Both the position numbers and the translations under genes were made by a program. From contig CP089277.1 in assembly GCA_023920165.1 (NCBI GenBank), positions 4,340,001 to 4,404,000 on the forward strand: 64,000 nucleotides of DNA, read 5' to 3'. Source of the DNA: Curvularia clavata (lineage: Eukaryota). Under the pieces are notes generated by a model. It saw only the letters and a program-made list of their open reading frames with translations. It was not told where the DNA came from and searched no databases. Shown here one piece after another: positions 34,338-45,545 of this stretch. Every line of letters begins with the position of its first letter. Position 1 is the stretch's first letter.

Positions 34338-37300
34338 ATGCGGCTCTTACAGTACAGTGAAAGCGGGGAGCTTAGCATCCATAGCTTCGACGATGGCGAC
34401 ATACCTCCCTACGCAATACTTTCACACACCTGGGGTGCAGATGGCGACGAGGTGACCTTTGCAGACCTCCAGACGGGCGGTGGCAAGATAAAGCTGGGCT
34501 ATGAGAAGATCCTCTTCTGTGGAAAACAAGCGCGGCGCGACAACCTCCAGTACTTCTGGATCGACACGTGCTGCATCGACAAGGCCAATAAGGCTGAACT
34601 CGCTTTCTCTATCCGATCGATGTTTCGCTGGTACCGCGATGCAGCTCGGTGTTATGTATACCTGTCGGATGTCTCTACTCAACCTCTACTAGCTACCCAA
34701 GACCACCGTGATTCACAATGGCTTTTCTGGATCTGGATACTCTCTATCCTCTATACTATGTCAAGATGGTACGGCAGCACGATACAGCGCTACTTCTATT
34801 CGCGCTATGTTCCATGCACTCCAGTTGGTAACGATCTTGTGCGCAGCACGCAGATGCCTAAGTTCACGCTTAAAAAAAGCAGATGGTTCACCCGCGGATG
34901 GACACTACAGGAGCTTCTTGCACCATCTATAGTAGAGTTCTTCTCTAAGGAAGGGACCAAACTTGGCGATAAGTTATTGCTGGCAAAAGAAGTACGTGAA
35001 GTCACAGGTATCCCTAGTTCAGCGCTGCAGGGTGAACCGTTGTCCAATTTTGATGTTTACGAACGCGTCACGTGGATTGAGCATCGCACTACAACAATTC
35101 CAGCAGATCGCGCATATTCTCTAATGGGTATTCTTGGTGTCAGCTTGTCCCCAATCGATGGCGAGAATCTAGCTGAAGCAATGAAACGGGTTCTAGATGA
35201 GGTTGATAAGCAGAATAAGTGCCTCCAAGACTTGCGTCCTAGCAACCCGCGCGATGATAAGAAGCGGATTGAGGAGACTAAGGGCGGGCTGCTTGCAGGC
35301 GCTTACCGTTGGGTTCTTGACAACGACACCTTTCAGCAGTGGCAGCAAGATCCAGAGAGCCGACTATTATGGGTAAAAGGTGATCCTGGCAAAGGCAAGA
35401 CGATGCTGCTGTGCGGCATTATCGACGAACTACAAAACCTTACGCCGAAACCTACCCTTGTTTCATACTTTTTTTGCCAGGCGACCGACTCGCGTATTAA
35501 TAGTGCCTCAGCTGTGCTGCGGGGATTGTTGTATATGCTCGTGGACCAGCAACCATCACTTACAGTTCATATTCGCAAGAAGCACGATCGCGTAGGCAAA
35601 AGTTTATTTGAGGACGCGAATGCCTGGGTTGCTCTAATAGAGATCTTCGCCGACGTGCTGCGAGACACAGGCTTGATCACAACGTACCTAATTATTGATG
35701 CGCTCGATGAATGCATGACTGATCAGGTAAAGCTACTTAGCTTTATTGCAGAGCAGTCATCTGCGTGCTCTCACGTTAAGTGGATCGTGTCTAGCCGCAA
35801 CTGGCCAACTATCGAGGAACAACTAAAACGTGCAGAACGCAAAACGCCACTAAGCCTTGAGCTGAACGCTGAGTCAGTTGCAGCAGCAGTCAGGGTCTTC
35901 ATCCAGCAGAAGTCGTGTCAGCTAGCGCAAGAGAAGCGCTACACGCCAGAGGTACACGACGCAGTGCTCCAGCACTTGACATCAAACGCGAACGACACCT
36001 TCCTCTGGGTTGCGTTGGTATGCCAAGACCTCAAAGCAACGCCGAAGTGGGACGTGCTCGAAAAGCTAGCCCAGTTCCCGCCTAGTTTAGACTTACTTTA
36101 CAGGCAGATGCTAGATCAGATACGCAAGTCTAGTAGTGCTCGAAGATGTCTGCGGGTGCTCGCAGTGACTACCGTCCTATATCGACCCGTCGCAGTCGCT
36201 GAGCTAGTTGTGCTTACTAAGCAACTTGCTGACCTTGTTGATGACCTAGAGTCGGTGCGAGAGATTATTGGTCTTTGCGGATCGTTCCTTACGCTGCGCG
36301 ACGACACAGTCTATTTCGTACATCAGTCAGCTAAGGACTTCCTTATCACACAAGCGTCAAATGAGGTCTTTCCTAACGGTGCAGAGTGTGTGCATCAAGA
36401 TATCTTTGCGAAGTCACTTACCGTTCTGCAAAAGACACTCGATAGAGATTTGTATAACCTTCAAGCGCCTGGATATCCTATAGAAGACGTTAGGCTGCCT
36501 CTTCTTGATCCTTTAGCCGTGTCGCGCTATCCATGTATCTACTGGATCGACCACTTCTACGACTCGAAACATATGACACAAGCACATAGTGCTGCTAATC
36601 AAGAAGATACTAGGACTATAGAGACATTCTTTAGGCAGAGATACCTCTACTGGCTAGAAGCGCTCAGCTTGTGCAGAAGCATAGCGACAGGGGTAGTCTC
36701 GATAACAAAGCTTTGGGATCTAGTCCAAGTACGGCTCACGTGATCGTATATGCCTGCAGTCTTTTCAACGCAGTTGCTGACATGCACAGGGGCTTAAGGA
36801 CACAGATGCATTAACTGAGACTGTCTATGATGCACGAAGATTCGTTATGTATCACAAAGAAGCGATTGAGAACTATCCTCTACAAGCGTATGCATCTGCT
36901 CTGCTGTTTAGTCCAGCAGATAGTCTAACAAGAAGGCTATTTCGGCATGAAGAGCCGGCCGGCATAGGAGTCAAGCCAGCAATGAGCAGCAGCTGGAGCG
37001 CCTGTCTGCAGACGCTCGAGGGCCATAGCAGTCCTGTGAGCTTGGTAGCATTCTCACACGACTCAAGCCAGCTCGCGTCAGCGTCATACGACTGCACTAT
37101 CAAGATATGGGACACAAGCAGCGGGACATGCCTACAGACACTTAAAGGTCATATCAATAATGTTATGTCCGTGGCCTTCTCGCACGACTCGAGCCGGCTA
37201 GCGTCAGCATCAAGCGACAAGACTATCAAGATCTGGGACCTAAGCAGTAAAACGTGTCTGCATACACTTAAGGGCCACAGTAGTACTATTAGCTCAGTAG

Positions 37301-38952
37301 CCTTCTCGCACGACTCAAGCCAGCTCGCGTCAGCGTCCAGCGACAAGACTGTCAAGATCTGGGACGCGAGCAGTGGAACACGCCTGCGCACATTTAAGGG
37401 CCATAGCAGTACTATCAGCTTAGTAGCCTTCTCACACGACTCGAACCAGCTAGCGTCAGCATCATACGATAGAACTATTAAGATCTGGAACACGAGCAGT
37501 AGCATTTGTCTGCAGACGCTCAAGGGCCATAGTAATTGGGTTAACTCATTAGCCTTCTCGCACGATTCGAGCCGGCTAGCGTCAGCTTCAAGTGATAGAA
37601 CTGCCAAAATCTGGGACACAAGCAGCGGGACATGCCTACAGACACTCAAAGGTCATATCAATAATATTATGTCTGTGGCCTTCTCGCACGACTCGAGCCG
37701 GCTAGCGTCAGCATCAAGCGACAAGACTATCAAGATCTGGGACCTAAGCAGTAAAACGTGTCTGCATACACTTAAGGGCCACAGTAGTACTATTAGCTCA
37801 GTAGCCTTCTCGCACGACTCAAGCCAGCTCGCGTCAGCGTCCAGCGACAAGACTGTCAAGATCTGGGACGCGAGCAGCGGGACACGCCTGAACACAATCG
37901 ATGGCCATAGCGATGCTGTTACGTTACTAGGCTTCTCACACGACTCGACCCGGCTAGCTTCAGCGTCATATGACAGGACTGTTAAGATATGGGATACGAG
38001 CAGCGGGACATGTCTGCAGACGCTTGAAGGCCATGGAGATGATATTAGCTCCGTAGGCTTCTCGCATGACTCGACCCAGCTTGCGTCAGCATCATACGAT
38101 AGCTTGGTTAGGATATGGAACGCGAGCAGCGGGATATGTCTGCACACACTTAAAGGGCATAAAGATTATGTTAGCTCAGTAGCCTTCTCACACAATTCGA
38201 GCCAGCTCGCGTCAGCGTCTAGTGACAAGACTGTCAAGATCTGGGACGTAAGTAGCGGGATATGTCTGCACACACTCGATGGCCATAGCGACGCTATTAG
38301 GTTAGTAGTCTTCTCACACGACTCAATCTGGCTAGCATCAGCGTCCAGCGACAAGACTGTCAAAATCTGGGACACAAGCAGCGGGACGTGTCTGCACACA
38401 CTTGATGGCCATAGCGATGCTATTAGGTCAGTAGCCTTCTCACACGATTCGATCCGGCTAGCTTCAGCGTCAAGCGATAGAACTATTAAGATATGGGACG
38501 TGAGTAGCGGGATATATCTATATACGCTTAAGGGGCATAAAAGTTATATTAGCTCAGTAGCCTTCTCGCGCAACTCGAGCCGGCTAGCGTCAGCTTCAAA
38601 GGACGAGACTGTCAAGATCTGGGGCGTGAGCAGCGGAACGTGTCTGCACACCCTTAACATCAGCATGAGTCTTTCGAGGCTTTCTTTTGGCTCCACTGAT
38701 ACCGTCCTCCACACAGAAATAGGCACTGTCATTATCCCATCTTCCCAGGTTTCTAGCAGCGCAGACGTTGCAGTATCAAAACCACAGTACCAGAATGTCA
38801 GTCTAAGTCCAGATGGCGTCTGGGTGATGCGCGCTGGAGTCAAAAGATTAAGGATACCGTCTGAGTATCGGCCGTCATGCTCAGCCGTGAGTGGAGCTCT
38901 GGTAGGTATGGGAGTAGGCTCAGGAAAGGTTTGGCTTTGTCAGGCGATTTAG
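34338..38952 (+). CDS. HET-NACHT-WD40 NLR (HNWD / HET-E-like); exons 34338-36728 and 36790-38952, 1517 aa
   Basis: HET motifs (YAILSHTW, FWIDTCCID, WFTRGWTLQELLAP), NACHT Walker A GDPGKGKT, Walker B LIIDALDEC and FVHQSAKDFL. A GT-AG intron at 36729-36789 joins the two ORFs in frame. 13 WD40 repeats. Confidence 0.93.
37000..38655 (+). repeat. 126-bp tandem repeats encoding 13 highly conserved WD40 units
   Basis: Units of GH…VAFSHDSxxLASASxDxTxKIWDxSSGTCLxTL; repeats 2-3 are nearly identical to repeats 6-7. Confidence 0.9.
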
Positions 38953-41358
38953 GCAAGCAACAGTAGATAAATAGAAGACCTCTCTAAGCCCTTGTGTCTC
39001 TATACTTATTGAGAATGTGGGGGCTATACGATCCTCATTATGTATGTATATAATAGGAACCTGGAGAAGTCTATATGTACTCAATCGGTTTCTAAGAATA
39101 GGCAGCAACCGACTGCGCGCGTAAGCGGTGGCCAGACGAAGCAATCTTTGCGCCACAGCTCGATCTGTTTTGGTATAGCGTACGTGTACATTGCAGGCCG
39201 CTAACCTTTCAGTACTGGTTGTGTCAGCACGCTAAGTCTTCTCGGTTTATGCGATGGACTAGCACATCACACCAGAACAACTCGGAGAGCACCTGGAAAG
39301 TAGCTGCACATATCGTAAGAGTGGTACCGTATTTTTTAGCTAATTAAATATTTCTTAGGGGCTCTGAAGAATCAAGCGATAGTGCTATATGTAAAATAGC
39401 AGGGGTATTTTGCTGTTATAGCTTCTATGCAAAAGAAAAGAGGCTTAAGAACATAAGCTACAACGCTTTAATATTATTATATTGAGCCTAAGGTAAATAG
39501 AGATAGACACAAAGAATATCAGCTCATTGACCTAACTCTACATAATTGAGAAGAGTGGGCATAACATAGTTAATCAATGTTCGTGGTTCGTTGCGGGGGG
39601 ATGTTCGACCCACACGGACGGACGTTATTCAATTTTTTGAAATAATCGTCTCAAAGGACTGGAAACACACCCGCCAATGGCCGCAACGGTCTCATCTCTC
39701 AAGTGAACCACCCCAGAAACGCCCGGCATGCTACAATTGGCGCTACTACATACTTATAGATTACTAAACAGCCTTGGCCACTACAGCGCTTGCCAGAATC
39801 TTGGATAAATTGCGTCCTTCTATGCGGAGAATAATATTAGATAGTGAATCTATGATACACTTTTGCTAAGAATACTAGAATTTATACAATAACCGCCCTT
39901 CGTTTATATATCTACTAATTTGGTTCTATGTCTTTTATATTGCTTGAACTGTGTCTGCTTTTAAGCCCTCTAGACTTTCGACGCAGGACGCTCCCCTCGT
40001 TTCAGGTTTTTCTATTATTGCATTCTCTCGCTCTGCTAATTTTAACAATAGCTGCCTTTACACTTCTAAGCTTCCCTCAATTTCATGTATATTATGCTGA
40101 TTGTTCCCAACAATCCGTTGCCTGACATGACCTTTGTTGTTAAATACTCTGCCTTAGTACCTCTCCTGCTCTTTCTCGCGACAATAGCTATTGTTTTTGA
40201 TGAAATCGTAGAAAGTCTTCTCTGTTCTCCAAGCAGTAGGCATATTTGGATACCTCTAATTAGGTCGGTATAAGATATCTCTAAATACCCTAAGCTTTAG
40301 ACGTAAGTCTTTGCAAATTGCGCCAATTTTACCTTTTACTCTAACGTACGCATATTTATAGGCGTGAAGTCATGATATGACTCATGTAAGAATCGATCTA
40401 ACGACATATAGCTTGATTTTTTATTGTCGGTCTGAGCACCAGGGGTAGCAAGCAAGTAAGTCGCAGCACTCATCTATGCCCCTTTGCGGAAGTTCAAAAG
40501 AACCTAAACTGTTGTACGCAGCTTGCATATAATTATATCATGCTATGTAAAACTGGCTACATTAAAACGCATAAAATAGCACTAAAGAATTTATAAGTTC
40601 CCCTTGACAAAGGCCAACTTAATCTCAAAACAACTCTTTTCCATAACGATTTTTCTTCTCTATAGCCCGCAATTTGCTACCTATCTCTTCACAATATATA
40701 TACCGTTGTATCTGCCTTTTCACCTCTAGCACGCATAGATATCCCAATAGATTCTCTAACTCAGTACTTACTTATACTTTGAAAATTGAGAAGCAGAAGA
40801 CAGTGCGTAACAGACTCCACGAAAAGACTTAAATCAAAGAGTAATTAGGAATGGCATTTTGGGTCGACAATCGCCCTATATAACTTCTAAGCACGATAAG
40901 GTGTTGATAACTTTTAGTTTCTTTTGAGAGTACGTTGGACCGCGAAACCTCTAAACACCCTTTCCTAGTTGGTGGAAACCCTGGTAAGCTGGAACTAGAC
41001 AATCAAATACAGCATCGTGCCAGAATTTTTGATGACCCTGCGCTTCTATGAGTTGATTCCGGCCCACTAAGATTTTTGCTGCAAACGGAGATAACTTACA
41101 TGCATCTTAGTGCTAAAAGATTTTAGTTCTTTTGACAGTACATTGGACCGTGAAAATCCCTACATATTCCTGGTGGTATGCTATATTATGATACTTACTT
41201 CTAGCTGTCTTAGAATTATGGCGCATTAGAGCTATTAAGTGTGTCTAGCTAAGCATACGATCTAACACTAAAGTCAACTTTCTGATCTTTGTAAGTAGTT
41301 CTGTGCTAATATCGTATATTTATACCATAAATTAGAAGACTGTTACCCTAAAACACTA

Positions 41359-42800
41359 TGCGCGCTATATATCTCGTGAGTTAAATAATGATAGTAATTC
41401 TCCGTCTAACAAGAGACAGAAGTTTGCTGCTAATAAGCCGCTTCTGGATCAGACACAAGCTGAAATAAGAGAAGAAGAGGTATGGTGTGTAGCTTAACTA
41501 AGATTCTGCTAACTCCTAGCAGCTTATCTCGATAGCAAAAGCTTTTCTGTACCGACTTGCAAGGGCGGAACCCGAATATCTAGAATACATTTGGCCAAAG
41601 CTTCTACTATACAGACTGTCTTTTAGTAGCCGCTTGGATTTCTCTATACAAGCAGCGGATTGTGAGCACTTATTGCATCTAACCGTTTTTGATACCTGAT
41701 TGTCCTCTGATTCCCTTCCTACTGGCCGCTCTCAACTTGATATAGATAGAAATTAGGAGATAGGTGCTTCAGTAACCCACGACTTCTATGCCCAATTAAG
41801 GGCTTCTGCATGCGCTCCAAGTCCGTCCTTTTTACCTTCCTACATAAGTTCTGCTTCGATATCGCCGTCACCACCGGCATCCTCCCTTAGCCTAATACCA
41901 GAACATGAGCCTATATAGCGGGAGGGATCCCCGAAGTCCCTTTACGCTCGACGCATGCAGCGACTAGATAATCGTCACCCTAAAGTTCAGAACTATATAG
42001 CAAGCATTATTTGGCTCGGTGATCACTTTCTTCAGGAAGATATAGGGAAGTTCTTGAGACTATTCTGCCGCAGATGGAGTTAGACAGACTTTGGCTATCT
42101 TCCCGTTCCAAAGAGTATAGCTGGCGAAGATTTAAGAATTCAAAGCTTATTCAGAAGGTATCACCATGCCGAAACCTTCAGGCGTCGTTCGGGTATAGAC
42201 TGTTTAAAATTTCGATTCTTGAGAATCTTACTTTATCACGATTTCGAAGAACTTTGCATTACTATTAAGAATAATCTAGAAAGATACAGACCACTCTCCC
42301 GTAGTCAGGATGCAGCCACTATTGCTACTGATAAATTTATCGAAGGGCTTGGTAAAGCTTCTGGCGATGTTATTATACGAACAGAATATCAGCTGCGAGA
42401 GAGCTTTCGAAAGCACAAGGCGATCGGCAGAAGGTGGTCTATAATAGCATCACACTTTGGCCTTAGTATCCTATTAACGTGCAGCCATGAGTTGGAGGCT
42501 AAAATGTATAATATCTATAAGTCTTAGGTATTGTTTTATCTAATATATCTAGCAATGATTATAACTTTCCCGAACGAAGGTTCCCAGCCTTGCTTACATA
42601 CATAACCAATACATATCCTAGAGGAAGTGAGTTGAGTCGGAAACTCGACCCTTTCGTTTGCTCGATAATCAAAGGAGTTTCGCCACCTTTATAGCTAACA
42701 GCAGCATCTTTGAACGTTCTTAGCTGCTATAGGCAAGAGAACGAGATTAAAGATATTAATCTTTGTAAGGAGTGGCTACGGGTAGAACTGCATAACGGGT
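41359..42800 (+). pseudogene. Heavily RIP-degraded multi-exon gene of unknown family
   Basis: Protein-like fragments (…RESFRKHKAIGRRWSIIASHFGLSILLTCS…), intron-like gt…ctaa…ag segments and many TAA/TAG stops. Confidence 0.3.
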
Positions 42801-43365
42801 TTTATTGTATTTTGTAGTGCACATAGAATATATATCGATCAACTCAATCTGGTTTATAAGAGGAGATATATTGAAAATATTTATAAAATTATAAGAGACT
42901 ATTTGCTGAGGGTCAATAATCAATAATGCTGTCTCTATTGTTGCTACAATGCCTGTTCGACTCCCAAATTTTGCTAATTATGGCGATAAAGATGAGTAGA
43001 AGAAGTCGAAGACGCGCGAACGAAAGTCCAATAAGGATAGTTGCGCTATTTTTGATCCTATGAAATACTAGATAACTACTCACGTCCTTTCTATACCTAT
43101 GTTGTGCTACGAGTGCGAGTGCATATTTAGTGAATTCAGCGACATCCTGGAGCTAACGTTGGAATTGCCACTACGAATCTAATTGATATTGACGCTATAC
43201 GTAGATGCTCCTATAAGATCAGAGCAACAAGAATAAGTACTATAATTAGTTGGTTCTTCTACAGAGAACCGAACAGATTAGGTTTTTGGCTAATTCGGCT
43301 TATTAGTGCCTCGTTCAAATCTTAAGCTAAGCAGAAGATCATGATTTTTAAATTGTTCATTATTA

Positions 43366-43750
43366 CTAGAAACGCTCTGCCCCTGGAAGCACCTTATTTC
43401 TAAAACGCTCCGCTGCTAAAAATGCTCCACTCCTAAAAACGATCTGCTCCTAAAACACTCTGCTGCTAGAAACGCTCTGCTGCTAGAAACGCTCTGCTGC
43501 TAGAAACGCTCTGCTGCTAGAAACGCTCTGCTGCTAGAAACGCTCTGCTGCTAGAAGCACTCCATTCTTAGAAACGCTCTGCTGCTAGAAACGCTCTGCT
43601 TCTAGAAGCACTCCGCTCCTAAAAATGCTCCACTCCTAAAAACGATCTGCTCCTAAAACACTCTGCTGCTAGAAGCACTCCGCTCTTAAAAACGCTCTGC
43701 TGCTAGAAACGCTCTGCTGCTAGAAACGCTCTGCTGCTAGAAACACTCTC
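43366..43750. repeat. 17-bp minisatellite (ctagaaacgctctgctg)n, ~22 degenerate copies
   Basis: Direct reading; perfect copies at ~43466-43555 and variants on either side. Confidence 0.9.
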
Positions 43751-45545
43751 TATTTTAGCTCTTAGGAAGTTACCGATTTCTCAGTATCACTGGAGGTCCC
43801 GACGGAGGCTATGCAGCTACATATACGGTATCACACTCCTGACTTGTAGACACCTGCCATCACGAATACTCCTAGGCCCTATCTTCCTGCCCTAAAAGGC
43901 CTAATACTGCAAGATTATGCATTTTTCCATGCTTACAGCTGCCTAGACTTGCTCTCTCGTAGTATGACTCTACTTAAGCTCTACTATACGGAATCGGCTT
44001 ACGACCTAGAGCAGGTATAAAAGGCACGAGCCCTCCATATTTCGCGCTGCACCAATTCTTGTCACTATGACACACTTTATATTAATCAGTCTTGCGATAT
44101 GTTTTTCAGTTAGACCCATACTAAACAGTACGCTCACTTACCTCAACATTAGGAATTTGTTCCGAGCAGAACCTAGGGTTTTTGAGTACGACTATCTCTA
44201 GAAGAAGATTGCAAGAATTATCTTCAATACTATTGCAACAGGCCTAGAGATTACTGGACTCGTCGCAATCGCGACTGCACCCTATTCAACAGAGAAGTAC
44301 TCCTGGCTTGACGCAGTCATTATATGCAATCTCCAACTTCTTACTAGCAACAACGTGAGGCACTCTGCTCACATCAATAGCTTAAATCGACTAATAGCAA
44401 CTTCAGCTTGCCCAAATGCTTCAGATCTTCATCTCTCCCCCCTGGATGATATGGGCGGTACATCTAGTAGCGGTCTTGACTATACTAGACATTACTTCCG
44501 CTATTACGTAGGTGAACTGAATTAGTATCTAAGGTTTTCTTATTTAAAACAGTAGCAAAATAGTATCTTCAGCTTACGAGTCGGCACTGCTAACTCGTTT
44601 TGCTACTACATCGCTTTTCTCTTTAGCACTGTCACACAAGCAATTAGAGATCTACAAGAACTCAGGATCTGAGCACAGAGATAAAGAATACTTGAGATTG
44701 TTGCATACTTTCGTCTTTACGAACGCTGCTGCAGCATCCAGCCAATTTTCTAGCGCGTCCTTCATCTCTAGTTTCTTACTTGCCAATAGAAGCACTTCCC
44801 CTAAACTACGACAAGGCATCTTTATAGTACGTCTCTGCGAAACTCTTTCTCATTAACTAATTTTTACTAGGCATGTACTCTTGCATAGCTATCATATCAT
44901 CTCCCTTTCTATACTAGTTAGATATAGCGTCGAATAATCCTCCTAATAAGCGATTAGATAAGAAGTCTGCGCCACTCAGTCGCCTGCAGGTTGGCGGATG
45001 AGAGTAATTTTTAATTAATTTAAGGTAGAAGAAGGAAGATTCTAAGGGAAAACTCTAGTTACGTGCTATATATAGATTCGTATATAATGTTACACGGGGT
45101 CCTACTGGTTAGTTGGGAATATACTTACCTAGCCTAGATTCCGGGTTAGGGCGAGGCCAGTTTCTATGAAGTATACCGTGAGGTAGTTGTCTGGCGATTC
45201 GGTGGTAGGGATTAACGGAAGATAGACAAAACCAATCCTATTGGAAGATAGAATAACTAGTATCAATCTGAGTATGAAAGGTAACTATGAAAGATACTTT
45301 GCTGAGTTGACCACAACGAGTGTAATAATGAAATCCAACACATTCTTATACCCATTGCTTCCGGTCCTGTCCTCACTGTCCTCACGGAATAACCCCTGTG
45401 TTCTCTGAAGTCCCTGAAGTCACTTTGGTCACGTGTGAGCGTGTCCTCACATACTAGCGTGGTTTCCCGGTCTTGGCCTGAGGCCAGTCATGTGATCGCC
45501 CTTCCGCGGGGATCATTACCTTCTGACGTGTCGCCCAATGGTCTC

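Larger units (their letters stand above)
33224..39625. mobile_element. Non-autonomous long-TIR element 3 carrying an HNWD-type NLR
   Basis: Left acgtccgtccctgtgggtcaaatatccctgcgcaacgaatcaccaacatt matches the reverse complement of 39576-39625. The inner block 33580-33745 matches 39110-39270 in inverted orientation (arms ~520 bp). TA at 33222-23 and 39626-27. ACGT termini as in the local Fot1 elements. Confidence 0.85.

Noticed and set aside
43366..43750. CRISPR-like appearance of the 17-bp repeats (also 61302-61605)
   Set aside because: Head-to-tail minisatellites without unique spacers, in a eukaryotic context with no cas genes.
44100..44900. Possible DUF3723/Starship-type gene relic
   Set aside because: Only stop-ridden fragments, and no diagnostic motif could be read.
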